DNA from: Methanobacteriota archaeon
GTDB taxonomy: Archaea > Thermoplasmatota > Poseidoniia > Poseidoniales > Poseidoniaceae
Assembly (NCBI GenBank): GCA_002710015.1
Contig: PAOW01000033.1
Location: 8,059 to 72,058, forward strand
Length of the DNA: 64,000 bases
Direction of reading: 5' to 3'
Under the pieces are notes generated by a model that saw only the letters and a program-made list of their open reading frames with translations, ran no database searches and was not told the DNA's origin. The position numbers and the translations under genes were made by a program. This document shows, in pieces, positions 29,852 to 39,352 of this stretch (position 1 is the first letter of the stretch; each line of letters opens with the position of its first letter).

Positions 29852-30592
29852 ATGTCTGACCGTTCGGCAACCCAAGGTTTTGACCCTTCAGGTATAGACG
29901 AAGATGCGTGGACAGAACTAGAAAGGCAACTTGAAGCCACCATTCCTGTATATGACAAAGTCAACAAAATAATGACTTTAGGGTTTGACAAAAGCATGAG
30001 AAAACACGTAAGGAGTCATGCGCAAGCAGGGATGAAAGTATTGGAAGTTGGATGTGGCCCGGGCTCTTTCGCCGTCGACCTAGAAAATGTCGATTTGACA
30101 TGTCTGGATCCAAGTGCCGAGATGCTCAAGGTTTGTAAGAAAAGAGTGGACAAGGTTCGAAAATCGAGGGGAGAGACCCCCGCTAAATACGTCGAAGCTA
30201 TCGCTGAAGAAATTCCATTACCCGATGATACATTTGACAGAGTTTTCTGTTTATTCTCTTTCAGGGATTTCAAGGATAAAAAACAAGGTTTGACAGAAAT
30301 TTTTAGAGTCCTTAAACCGGGTGGCCAGTTAGTAATTTGTGACGCAGGAAAAGCAAATTGGTTCCATGGACTCTTTGGTAGACTTTACATGGGAACTTTC
30401 GTTCAGTGGGTTGCTAGAATTGTAACAAAAGATCCCAACCACCCTTGGAAGTGGTTAGCAAGAACTTACACACACTACGGAACTCATTCCTACTACAAGA
30501 ATATCATGAAAGAGATAGGATATAATGATGTTAAAGCAAGGCTTCTTTTCCCTGGAATGTCAAGCAGATTCAAAGCACGAAAGCCTGAGTGA
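29852..30592 (+). CDS. ubiE: UbiE/MenG-family quinone C-methyltransferase (class I SAM MTase)
   Basis: ORF from 29747; likely start MSDRSATQGF. Has IPVYDKVNKIMTLGFDKSMRK (UbiE YD..N..mS.G pattern), SAM motif I VLEVGCGPG, and motif post-I LKPGGQLVICD. Confidence 0.7.
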   Translation: MSDRSATQGFDPSGIDEDAWTELERQLEATIPVYDKVNKIMTLGFDKSMRKHVRSHAQAGMKVLEVGCGPGSFAVDLENVDLTCLDPSAEMLKVCKKRVDKVRKSRGETPAKYVEAIAEEIPLPDDTFDRVFCLFSFRDFKDKKQGLTEIFRVLKPGGQLVICDAGKANWFHGLFGRLYMGTFVQWVARIVTKDPNHPWKWLARTYTHYGTHSYYKNIMKEIGYNDVKARLLFPGMSSRFKARKPE

Positions 30593-30657
30593 ATAAAGCA
30601 TATCTAACCCCCTATGGGAGCTGCTTATTTCTGATTATTTTGGCACACAATCAAACT

Positions 30658-31461
30658 TCAAGCGATACGCTCAACAGTTTCTGGTGTGATTCCTTCCTCT
30701 GGCGTTACTCTGTACACCATGATCGAAAGGTTTTCTGGAGCATTTCTGAATTTTGAAACAATCATAGAGGTCTCAAAGTCAGAACCGATTGTTCTAACCT
30801 TGAAATCACAAACCATGTCTGCAATTGCAGCCATTTCTTGTTTTACTGCTGGCGTAATTGTGTCGTTTGATACTGTGATGAACAGGATGCCACGGTATAG
30901 TTGTGTATGCGCTTGCATCATTCTCAACATAGCAACTACTCTGCCCGGATCATCTCTTTGCATGAAGAAATCTAGTGAATCTATAACTGCTCTGAAATAA
31001 GGACCCATGGCCATAACTTCATTTGTCATTTCAGTAAGGAAATCCTGGGTGTCATCATCAACAAAGCGAGTTTGGGCAAGTCTTTGGATATCAGGAAGTT
31101 TGAACCCTTCAAGCCTATATCTACTTGCTAACAATTCCTTTTCGAGAACCTTTGCATTGTATTCCTCACCAAGTGTCCTTACTGCTATGTCCGTTGGCCA
31201 ATTATATTTCTTGAAAACACGAGCAATTTCAAGCTGTGATTCGTTTGTAGAGATTAATATTGTATTTTCTGGTTCTTCAGCAGGGGAGGTAAATTGTTTT
31301 GCAAAAAGTTCGGAACCTGACCCTGTTTCTGTAAATCCAACAACCAAAAATCCTCTGGGAACTCCTCCATGCATTGCATTATCGAATTTGGGAACTCCAA
31401 AACTGCCAACACCTCCGAAGAAATCCTCATCTTCTGGGTTGAATTTCATCTGCTTGTTCAT
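30658..31461 (-). CDS. KaiC/RecA-superfamily-like protein with degenerate Walker A
   Basis: 267 aa. The P-loop position reads GFTETGSGSELF, with no GK[ST]. A Walker B-like AVIDSLDFF is retained. It is the last gene of a three-gene KaiC-like tandem. Confidence 0.55.
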   Translation of the reverse strand: MNKQMKFNPEDEDFFGGVGSFGVPKFDNAMHGGVPRGFLVVGFTETGSGSELFAKQFTSPAEEPENTILISTNESQLEIARVFKKYNWPTDIAVRTLGEEYNAKVLEKELLASRYRLEGFKLPDIQRLAQTRFVDDDTQDFLTEMTNEVMAMGPYFRAVIDSLDFFMQRDDPGRVVAMLRMMQAHTQLYRGILFITVSNDTITPAVKQEMAAIADMVCDFKVRTIGSDFETSMIVSKFRNAPENLSIMVYRVTPEEGITPETVERIA

Positions 31462-31474
31462 TACAAATCAATCC

Positions 31475-32068
31475 TCAATGAATTACAACTTGACCTCTAT
31501 CAATGAGGTCTGTACAATATAGATCCAAGTTTGATAACACCGAAGGCGGGACTTGGTCGGGAACATTCAAGATTACTGTTAGAACCTCTCTTTGTCTGAA
31601 TGTATTAATAAAAGTGTGAAGATACTCAGCCAACATTCTTTCTTCATTGTATATTGCAAGAGAGTTTACTGAATCGATGAGGACAAAATTTCTTTCTGTG
31701 TTTGCGATTCTGAGCCTGTAAAGGGTTCTTAGCAACACGCTTTCTAGCATAATCGGGCTGTCAATAAAGGTGACGTTAGGGTATTGCACGTCTGTTCCGC
31801 CGAGTATCCCTGAAGATACCAAATCAATAAACTGAATATTAGAAACATCAACTCCGATTGTTTCAAAAGCCTCAATTATCTCAACAGCACCTCGAGTTGC
31901 GCAGATGTATACTCCACCCATCTCAAACATCTGCATGAGAGGAATCATTGTTGAGGCTGTAACCATGAATGCGTTAGAGTTACCACACCTAACTTGAATA
32001 GAAGAACTTAGGCTAACCTCGCTAAGTTGCTCCGCAATACGCTGATCTAACTCGAACAAATCAAGCAC
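31475..32068 (-). CDS. KaiC/RecA-like fold protein lacking Walker A
   Basis: 197 aa. No P-loop; a Walker B-like LIDSVNSLAIY is retained. Overlaps the upstream KaiC-like gene by 8 nt. Confidence 0.4.
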   Translation of the reverse strand: MLDLFELDQRIAEQLSEVSLSSSIQVRCGNSNAFMVTASTMIPLMQMFEMGGVYICATRGAVEIIEAFETIGVDVSNIQFIDLVSSGILGGTDVQYPNVTFIDSPIMLESVLLRTLYRLRIANTERNFVLIDSVNSLAIYNEERMLAEYLHTFINTFRQREVLTVILNVPDQVPPSVLSNLDLYCTDLIDRGQVVIH

Positions 32069-32861
32069 CCCACCTGCTAGTATTGTCGTTTACAGCTCCC
32101 CATTTAAGCATAGGAGTTAGCATAACGCCAAGTGGTGTCAATTCAATTGAATGTTTAGCTCGACTGTGAGCTGTTCCGCGCATTTTTACTACTTGCAAAA
32201 ATCTTAGCAGATGCCCCATACGCTCAACATCTCCCATTACGATGATTCCATCAGCAATCGCTTCTTCTACACCAAACGATGACCAGTGAGCATTTTCTGA
32301 TGCTGAAGTTATCTCTGAGATGAGTATTGTAGTACAACCAAGAGTTGCTAATTTCTTCCCTAGTGTGAATAAGAAATCACGAATTAACTGCTCGCTTTTA
32401 ATCTTGTAACACAGAGTCGTTACTGAGTCTATTACTAGCCTTGTTACTCCTATTGTATTTACGATGTCAACAATCGCTTTAATGAGAGCGTGAACGTCTT
32501 CTAGATCAAACGATGCTTTATCCAATCCCAGCCATGAATAAAGCACGTCCATATCGAATACGTTGATTAAACCTGAATCAATCATATTCATGTCAAAAAA
32601 TGCATACTGACGGATGTTCTCAAGCAGCTTCACACTTGGTTCTGTTGCGGTAAAATGTGCGCATGCTTCCCCTGCCAGAGCACCTCTAACAAGGAACTCC
32701 ATTCCTAGCGTGGTTTTACCTGAACCGCATGTTCCTGCTGCCAAAACAGTGGACCCATAAGGTATTCCGCCTCTCAAAATCTCGTCCATGCCGTGAATAC
32801 CAGTAATGCAACGGTCCCGACTATACACTGTTGCTGGCTGCATGGGTAACACTATACCCAA
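32061..32861 (-). CDS. KaiC-like RecA-superfamily ATPase (single domain, intact P-loop)
   Basis: 266 aa. GIHGMDEILRGGIPYGSTVLAAGTCGSGKTTLGMEFL (Walker A), and Walker B RLVIDSVTTL. Belongs to the archaeal signal-transduction-type KaiC family. Confidence 0.7.
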   Translation of the reverse strand: MGIVLPMQPATVYSRDRCITGIHGMDEILRGGIPYGSTVLAAGTCGSGKTTLGMEFLVRGALAGEACAHFTATEPSVKLLENIRQYAFFDMNMIDSGLINVFDMDVLYSWLGLDKASFDLEDVHALIKAIVDIVNTIGVTRLVIDSVTTLCYKIKSEQLIRDFLFTLGKKLATLGCTTILISEITSASENAHWSSFGVEEAIADGIIVMGDVERMGHLLRFLQVVKMRGTAHSRAKHSIELTPLGVMLTPMLKWGAVNDNTSRWGA

Positions 32862-32896
32862 ACCATCACACTAAATGAACGATACGCCAAAAACGC

Positions 32897-33976
32897 TCAA
32901 ACTACGCCGGGAGTTGGTGTATTCGATATGTCCCATGAATCATCAAGAGATGGGGGCCCACCATTCCAAACTATGCTGCTATTTTGAAGTATTATGTCGT
33001 TAGATGTCCATTCTATTTTGCATACTTGATAACCCACGCCCTCATCTTCTTCAGCAAATAGGAACCTAAGGCGTCCTTTATTGTCATCAAGACCATCTAA
33101 ATTTCCGACTCCCAAAAATCCGGTTGTTCCTAAATCATACACCACGCTAGCGCTTCCTGTAACTTGGCTAGAAGGATCGCCACTGAAAATCGCCAATTTT
33201 CCTCCGGGTATAACTCCGGATTTGTATAAATAATCGCTTTCTCCGTTTGTGCCGGTCCTTTCAAAAGACCACCCTTTTAGGGAGATTGCAAAGCCATTCT
33301 GATTCTGAACTTCTATCCATTCAGGGCCATTTTGTGAAGGCTTTGGTGATATTTCTGTCACACGCAGAATCTTTGGAGAATCTGCTCCATCATGGACCTC
33401 GAGGCTTACTGAGATTACATTATCATTTGATATGAATGTTCTACTAGCCACAGAGGACATAGTCGCCGTCGACCTTTCAGAACCACCTGTGAACAGTATA
33501 TTTCCAACTTCAGATTCGTTTGATGAAGATATTACTTTTATGAGCAATTTTACTTGCAAACCGTAAGATAATCCCAGACCACTTGTTACTGCCTCCACAC
33601 TGACATTACATAGGGCATTGATTCTGTCAAAATCTAACAATCCATTTTTCATTATCCCTGGTTGTATGACGCCCTTTTCAATTTGGCTGGGAGAAATGTG
33701 ATGCCAATTCTCAGTAGCATTAGCTTGATCTCTTACTCCATCTTTGTAAGGTACATACCACCCCTCGCCATTTGTTAGTCGATCTAATCCGTCTACTGCT
33801 GACCTATCAACCAAATCGGTGTATGGATCGTTACTCCCTAATTCTAATTGAGCTAAAGACATGAAAGCAGTTAAAATCATCAAAAACAAGGTAAAGGCAG
33901 AGAGGAATTCAACGACTGCAACTACTGCGTTCTCATCGTCAGAAGCAGCAAGGCATACTGCTCTCCTACCCTGCAT
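32897..33976 (-). CDS. N-terminally membrane-anchored extracellular protein with lamin-tail-domain (LTD)-like module
   Basis: 359 aa. An N-terminal hydrophobic anchor, NxS/T sequons, and PEWIEVQNQNGFAISLKGWSF matching the LTD signature (E.iEl.N.g...v.L.GW.l). Confidence 0.5.
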   Translation of the reverse strand: MQGRRAVCLAASDDENAVVAVVEFLSAFTLFLMILTAFMSLAQLELGSNDPYTDLVDRSAVDGLDRLTNGEGWYVPYKDGVRDQANATENWHHISPSQIEKGVIQPGIMKNGLLDFDRINALCNVSVEAVTSGLGLSYGLQVKLLIKVISSSNESEVGNILFTGGSERSTATMSSVASRTFISNDNVISVSLEVHDGADSPKILRVTEISPKPSQNGPEWIEVQNQNGFAISLKGWSFERTGTNGESDYLYKSGVIPGGKLAIFSGDPSSQVTGSASVVYDLGTTGFLGVGNLDGLDDNKGRLRFLFAEEDEGVGYQVCKIEWTSNDIILQNSSIVWNGGPPSLDDSWDISNTPTPGVV

Positions 33977-34099
33977 GATATAGGGTAAAGGGTCATTCTA
34001 TTGAGAGTGTCGCCAGTTTATGTTCAAATTGTTACAATACCACAATTATTGACTTCAGCCACCGATTCATATTTGAGTAGATGATACCACCACCCTATC

Positions 34100-37051
34100 A
34101 TGGCCTGCGAAAGCGTTACCAATAGAAGACACTCATCCAAGAGGTCTATTGGGCTAGTTTCGCTTTTGATATTAACATCAATAGGCGGAATAATGGCAAC
34201 ACCTAGCGCTGCTGCTTCTGTTAGCGGTGACTACGAAATAACCGCATCCGTATCCCCTTTACCCGGAGATTACATGTCTGCTTGGGACCCTGTTTACATG
34301 GAAGTTGAAATAACAAACTCAGGGTTTTTCTACAACACTCAGCCAAGATCAGTAGAATGGTTCGTTTGTGAGGGCAACCAATTAGAGAATGACTGTTATA
34401 ACAATCGAGAGGGATACGGAATAGGTTCAATCGATCCAATAATTGTAGGTGAAAGTGTTACTTACAGTTTCTCAAACTATTTCTCACCAAATGGTGATGA
34501 AGGACTTTATACACTTGTCTATAGATTTATCGATTCCGATACAAACACAACAAATGATGCAGGCATTTACAATTTTAACTTGGTGAGGAAACTTGTTGAT
34601 GTTATATTTGAGGAGCAAGATATTCTTGGTCAATTAGAAGGACTTGCAAGTTACAATGATGTATTGATTCTAAACACTGACACAGACTACCTAACCAGTG
34701 TTGAGGGCATTGCAAAGTCTTGCGGTAGTTGTGGATTGGTTGCAAACCTTGGTTGGAAAATCACAGATAATTTTGGAGTTGAACTAGCGAACGCTACTAC
34801 TTCATACGCCGACCTTCCAAATTGGGGTGAAAGCTCCTTTACACGTAATCTTCCCCCAATTAATTTTGACACAGAAGGTGTCTATACGCTGTATTATGGA
34901 ATAATAAGTTCAACAGGAACACCTTCCGGAGATATGAACTCTTACAACGATCTACAAAGCTTAGAAATTACCTTTGACGACACCGTCGACTTGCAAATCG
35001 AATCTATGCATCCAAGTTATGCACCAAGTTCCGCAGTATACTATTATGGTAACAATAGTGTTTCAGTTTCGGTAGCCAATCTTGGAAACCATACTGTTGT
35101 AGAACCTCTAGTCAGATTCACGATCTTGACTCTCGATGAAAATATTGAATCACAACAAGATTGCCTCCCCGAGGAGATTATCCCAGGTGAATCATACGTT
35201 TGCAATTTCAACTTGAATGCGCTCGGTGATAAACGGCTTAGGGTTTTCGTTAGCGAAGCTTTGAATGAGGGACTAGATCAAAAGCCATCTGATAACACCC
35301 TAAATGTGATATCTGAAGTTGTTAGAGGAGAGATAAACCCTTTAATCGAGCAAACAAATTTCTTCGGTACTTACAAAACAGCAGACAACATTGATTTGAA
35401 TGCTAGAGTTAATCCAACTGCCGCTGCTCCGCTTTCATACACTTGGTGGATGAGCGGTATTATCCCGATTGGTTCTGGCCAAAACGTTTCAATCCCTGCA
35501 TCCACATTAGGACTTGGAGATCATTATCTTACTGTTCGTGCTACTGATGCTTTGGGAACATTGGAATCCGAAACCATACCCATTACTATATTCAACAGCA
35601 CTGATATCAGCATTGGAAACTGGTTGAACGGATCTGCTGTGACTAGGACGCACGCTACCGCTATTGCAGAATATGATTACCCGCTTGTTGGCGCCAATTA
35701 TGCCGTAGGTGAAAATCTAGAGCCCTTGCTGCGTATGTCAATCGATGTAATACCTACTACCAATGCTCCCGATGCTGGCATGGATTGGATGGAATTTGAC
35801 ATAAATCTAACAAATGTAATCCCAGATAATATCCCCAGAGAATCTATTGCAGTCCACAAATTAAACGGATACGAACAAGTCATATGGGAACCTTTGGACT
35901 CAGAAAATTTCTTTCAAGTTATAGATAATGATACTCTGCGTGTTAACATAACACAGAATATGGACTTAATCATCGTAGGAGATTTACCATCACCAGAAAT
36001 CGACCTTGACAATCCAATACTGACACTTTTGCCTGATGGTAAAATGAAACTAGATTGGAATTCTAGTGGAGACTTATCAAATCCCTATTTTGGAGGTTGG
36101 AAAATTTTCAGAGTAACCAGCCCGGTAACTGTATCTGCATACTTTCCAAACCCAGACGATGTTCCTAGTAGATTTGTATGGGAGGGATTGATGAAAGATT
36201 CCTTGTCTGCAACCTTGAACGGAACAATGAACTCTTGGATTGACGAGCGCTCATTAGAGACCGGAATTTGTGCATCATATGCTGTAATACCAACTGATAG
36301 GGCAGGTAATCCTGATTATTTAGAAGCAGAAGTCTCCCTTGTTGACGGCGTCCCAGGATTGACGTGTGGTGATGCAATTGACCCAACTGCTAGTGTCTCA
36401 GGATTAAAATCAAATGTTGTATATACCAACGATAGTGACTGCCATGCTGCAAATAGGAATTGGGACATGTGCTATGAATTAACCCTGTCATGGACATGGC
36501 CCGATAATGAGCCAAGTGGAGATCTCTCTTGGAACATATACAGAATTGAACAGAAACCTGAAGATGTAGATCTAAGATTTGTCACCCCGATTGCTACTGG
36601 ACTACAAAATGTGCCTGGAGAGCAAGGAAATTTCACTCAAACCGGACTTGAGTATGATGGAATAAGGCCTTACAGAACTTACTATTACATACTTACGCCA
36701 ATTGATAATATTGGTAATGAGTTGACTACTATTGGTGGTAGTTCTTCATCAAATGTCCACAGAGTCTACATTGAAGACCAATACTGGCAATACAACCAGC
36801 ATAGAATTCCAGAACCACCTGAACCACCTGAACCACCTTATGGCATTGAATGGTTAGGCGATTTAGAGGACTTTATGGAGCAAGAGAACTTTCAATTAGC
36901 AGGAATAATACTTCTAGTCACGATTGTAGTGAACTTCATAGGGTTACCAATTATACTCAAGAAAAGAAAAAGGATGGCAAGAGCGTTATCTAGAAGAAAA
37001 AATAGACAAGCAGAGAATTTAGATGATGATTTTGAAGATTTCTTTAACTAG
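34100..37051 (+). CDS. Large (983 aa) secreted, heavily N-glycosylation-sequon-rich surface protein with PEP-repeat stalk and C-terminal TM anchor
   Basis: Signal-peptide-like N-terminus and dozens of NxS/T sequons. PEPPEPPEPP precedes the hydrophobic helix LAGIILLVTIVVNFIGLPIIL, followed by a basic tail. There is no PGF-CTERM. Confidence 0.6.
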   Translation: MACESVTNRRHSSKRSIGLVSLLILTSIGGIMATPSAAASVSGDYEITASVSPLPGDYMSAWDPVYMEVEITNSGFFYNTQPRSVEWFVCEGNQLENDCYNNREGYGIGSIDPIIVGESVTYSFSNYFSPNGDEGLYTLVYRFIDSDTNTTNDAGIYNFNLVRKLVDVIFEEQDILGQLEGLASYNDVLILNTDTDYLTSVEGIAKSCGSCGLVANLGWKITDNFGVELANATTSYADLPNWGESSFTRNLPPINFDTEGVYTLYYGIISSTGTPSGDMNSYNDLQSLEITFDDTVDLQIESMHPSYAPSSAVYYYGNNSVSVSVANLGNHTVVEPLVRFTILTLDENIESQQDCLPEEIIPGESYVCNFNLNALGDKRLRVFVSEALNEGLDQKPSDNTLNVISEVVRGEINPLIEQTNFFGTYKTADNIDLNARVNPTAAAPLSYTWWMSGIIPIGSGQNVSIPASTLGLGDHYLTVRATDALGTLESETIPITIFNSTDISIGNWLNGSAVTRTHATAIAEYDYPLVGANYAVGENLEPLLRMSIDVIPTTNAPDAGMDWMEFDINLTNVIPDNIPRESIAVHKLNGYEQVIWEPLDSENFFQVIDNDTLRVNITQNMDLIIVGDLPSPEIDLDNPILTLLPDGKMKLDWNSSGDLSNPYFGGWKIFRVTSPVTVSAYFPNPDDVPSRFVWEGLMKDSLSATLNGTMNSWIDERSLETGICASYAVIPTDRAGNPDYLEAEVSLVDGVPGLTCGDAIDPTASVSGLKSNVVYTNDSDCHAANRNWDMCYELTLSWTWPDNEPSGDLSWNIYRIEQKPEDVDLRFVTPIATGLQNVPGEQGNFTQTGLEYDGIRPYRTYYYILTPIDNIGNELTTIGGSSSSNVHRVYIEDQYWQYNQHRIPEPPEPPEPPYGIEWLGDLEDFMEQENFQLAGIILLVTIVVNFIGLPIILKKRKRMARALSRRKNRQAENLDDDFEDFFN
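36810..36840 (+). repeat. In-frame 9-bp tandem repeat (x3) encoding PEPPEPPEPP stalk
   Basis: ccagaaccacctgaaccacctgaaccacct, seen directly in the sequence inside the 983-aa surface protein gene. Confidence 0.7.
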
Positions 37052-37100
37052 ATATCAAACCGTCTGATTTATTTCAAATACCAAAGTCGGAGTTTTACTT

Positions 37101-37186
37101 GCGGCGATCGCATAGCCTGGCCATTGCGTCGGATTGCTAATCCGATGGGTGTTCCCGCGGGGGTTCGAATCCCCCTCGCCGCGCCA
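37101..37186 (+). tRNA. tRNA-Ser (anticodon GCU), encoded CCA
   Basis: Folded by hand. The acceptor stem GCGGCGA/TCGCCGC is 7 bp. The anticodon stem TCGGA/TCCGA carries the loop TTGCTAA, giving anticodon GCT. There is a long variable arm (GGG-TGTT-CCC) and a T-arm GGGGG-TTCGAAT-CCCCC. The discriminator is G, followed by CCA. Confidence 0.8.
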
Positions 37187-37190
37187 AAAT

Positions 37191-38288
37191 CTATTCCGCA
37201 TTCAGGACCTTTACCTTCTTACTAGCTGAGATTTTCCACGATTTGAATATGAAGTTCATACATGGGACAAGCAAGAGGAAAGCAAAAGTCATTTCCCATA
37301 TGTAATCTACTGGCACTGCTGCTGTGTATACGACACCTACAAACATCCAAGCTAAATATCCAAGTGACCTAGTAAAGGATGTGAAGGCTTTTGACATCCT
37401 TCCATTTTCATCAAATTTCTGATGTGGATCAATTTTCCAAACCGAAATTGAATACCAAAGTGTCAACGCTCCTGAAAGGAATGCATAAGCAAGAGGAAGG
37501 CCTGCTTCTGGCCAAAAACACGGTACGGACCCAACACCAAATAGCATGATACAATAGAATTTGGCTTCTTTGAGTGTCCTTACTGGTCCTTTGACGTCTG
37601 GCATCATTGGAACACCAACTTTAGCATATTCTCCGCTACGGTAGAGTGCTAATGCCCAGAAGTGCGGCGGTGTCCAGAAGAATATCAGGAAGAATAGCAT
37701 CCAAGGGATTGGTGAACCCAAGTCAAATGGGTTCAGATTATCAGGAATAGTTGCTTGTGATGCTACAATCCAACCTATCAACGGTGGAGTTGACCCTGCT
37801 ATTCCGCCGATAACAATATTCTGTGGTGTTCTTCTCTTTAGCCAAATTGTGTAGATAAATACATAGAAAGCCACGGAAAATAATGACCAAAAGGCTGCTT
37901 TCCATGTATACAATAAAAACAAACCACTACCAAGTAATGAGATTATTATTCCAAAAACCAATGAATGCTTGGGAGATATCCAGCCACTTGGTATTGGTCT
38001 AGCCCTAGTTCTTGACATGCCAGGATCTATATCTCTATCGTAAACCATGTTAATGGCATTAGAACCACCGGCTGCCAAGGTTCCTGCGAATAAGGTGAAT
38101 GTACAGGATTCGATTGTGTCTATCCAAGTCCTGTCTCCTGACAACTCTCCACTTCTTACCATTAAATCATGAGTTAAGATTGCACATATCGCAGTAATTT
38201 GCAATAAAATTACGACTCTTAACTTCATTAATTGCAAGTATATTTTGAGAAGATTAGGTTTTTCACTCATCCTCTCCGACCTCTTCAC
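37191..38288 (-). CDS. ctaB: Protoheme IX farnesyltransferase (heme O synthase), UbiA family
   Basis: 365 aa polytopic protein. UbiA-type Asp-rich motifs (YDRDIDPGMSRTRARPIPSG). Adjacent to ctaA. Confidence 0.8.
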   Translation of the reverse strand: MKRSERMSEKPNLLKIYLQLMKLRVVILLQITAICAILTHDLMVRSGELSGDRTWIDTIESCTFTLFAGTLAAGGSNAINMVYDRDIDPGMSRTRARPIPSGWISPKHSLVFGIIISLLGSGLFLLYTWKAAFWSLFSVAFYVFIYTIWLKRRTPQNIVIGGIAGSTPPLIGWIVASQATIPDNLNPFDLGSPIPWMLFFLIFFWTPPHFWALALYRSGEYAKVGVPMMPDVKGPVRTLKEAKFYCIMLFGVGSVPCFWPEAGLPLAYAFLSGALTLWYSISVWKIDPHQKFDENGRMSKAFTSFTRSLGYLAWMFVGVVYTAAVPVDYIWEMTFAFLLLVPCMNFIFKSWKISASKKVKVLNAE

Positions 38289-39312
38289 CCAGTTTCAACA
38301 GCATAAGGCCAACAGATGCACATAAAAAACTAGCCACTCCTAGCAACAAGTGCAAAAGAGATAATTTTTCAGGAAACTCCCCCAACTTTGCAAACACAAC
38401 ATACAAGCCACCAACTAAAACATTAGTCATCCATAGACCAGTAGCGATATCAAATGTCCTTGTATATCCAAAATGTATGTCATTAGCTTTTGCACTCTCT
38501 CTGAATTTCATTCCTCCAAAAATAAGTGCAATACCAACCAAACCAGCTCCCGACCTGTGTACCATTTGGACTAAAATTCCGCTATCGTCTAAAGTAGGAA
38601 GAACACTCCCTTGACATTTAGGCCATCCGTCTGGGAATCCAACTGAACATCCCTGATTACCATTGGGAGACGATGACACCCAAGCACCCAAAATAAGGAG
38701 CAGGAATATAGATGCTGTTAGAATTTTCAATCTCTTTAGTTGAAGTTGCTTGAACTTGTTTGAAACTCTGAACATTGCCCATTTAGCCCCTTCAGCCTTC
38801 CTCATACTGAAATATTGCCAGAGTAATATGTAAACAAAACATGATGCCAGCCCGAGATGTAAGGCAACCGACCAGTCAGCATTGTCGAACCTTACAGTAA
38901 CAGCACCTGCCGCTCCTTGCAGTGTAAGTAGAATTCCGGTAAAAAATGAAATTTTGACTAAAGATTTTCCATATAATTTCTTACGTTTTAAAATTATCAA
39001 GAAATTTGCCAAAACCGGAAGCGCCATTATTGCAGCTAAGAGGCGGTGGACCCACTCGATAAAGATCTCAAATGTAGTGTATCTTTTATCTGGTCCACGA
39101 CTATCATACTCTTTTGTTTCCTCATACCAATTTTCCTGATCTTCCTCAGAGATATCAAAACCCCATGTTCCAAAACACTGCGGCCAATCAGGACAGGATT
39201 CACCAGCATCGTAAATCCGAATAGTTCCACCTGCTGTTATTATTATCATTGCCAATATTGCAATTGCAAGAGGCAACGTAGAAGGGCGGCGGAACCATGG
39301 GGTTTCCATCGT
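38263..39312 (-). CDS. ctaA: Heme A synthase (CtaA/Cox15)
   Basis: ORF runs to 39366; likely start METPWFRR. Has the CPDWPQC motif, EWVHR, and a second His-containing half. Confidence 0.75.
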   Translation of the reverse strand, partial: TMETPWFRRPSTLPLAIAILAMIIITAGGTIRIYDAGESCPDWPQCFGTWGFDISEEDQENWYEETKEYDSRGPDKRYTTFEIFIEWVHRLLAAIMALPVLANFLIILKRKKLYGKSLVKISFFTGILLTLQGAAGAVTVRFDNADWSVALHLGLASCFVYILLWQYFSMRKAEGAKWAMFRVSNKFKQLQLKRLKILTASIFLLLILGAWVSSSPNGNQGCSVGFPDGWPKCQGSVLPTLDDSGILVQMVHRSGAGLVGIALIFGGMKFRESAKANDIHFGYTRTFDIATGLWMTNVLVGGLYVVFAKLGEFPEKLSLLHLLLGVASFLCASVGLMLLKLGEEVGEDE

Positions 39313-39352
39313 CCCCCGGGGCAAGAGGCTCCCTTTTAACAAACCGGACTGT

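Noticed and set aside
30658-32861. Interpretation of the three KaiC-like genes as RadA/RadB recombinases or archaellum FlaH
   Set aside because: They lack the N-terminal HhH domain of RadA. There are no flaI/flaJ neighbours. Two of the three copies lack a functional P-loop, which fits regulatory KaiC-like paralogs better.
36810-36840. Short perfect tandem repeat considered as a possible CRISPR or minisatellite element
   Set aside because: Only three 9-bp units, in frame, inside a long ORF. It encodes a PEP stalk, not a CRISPR array.
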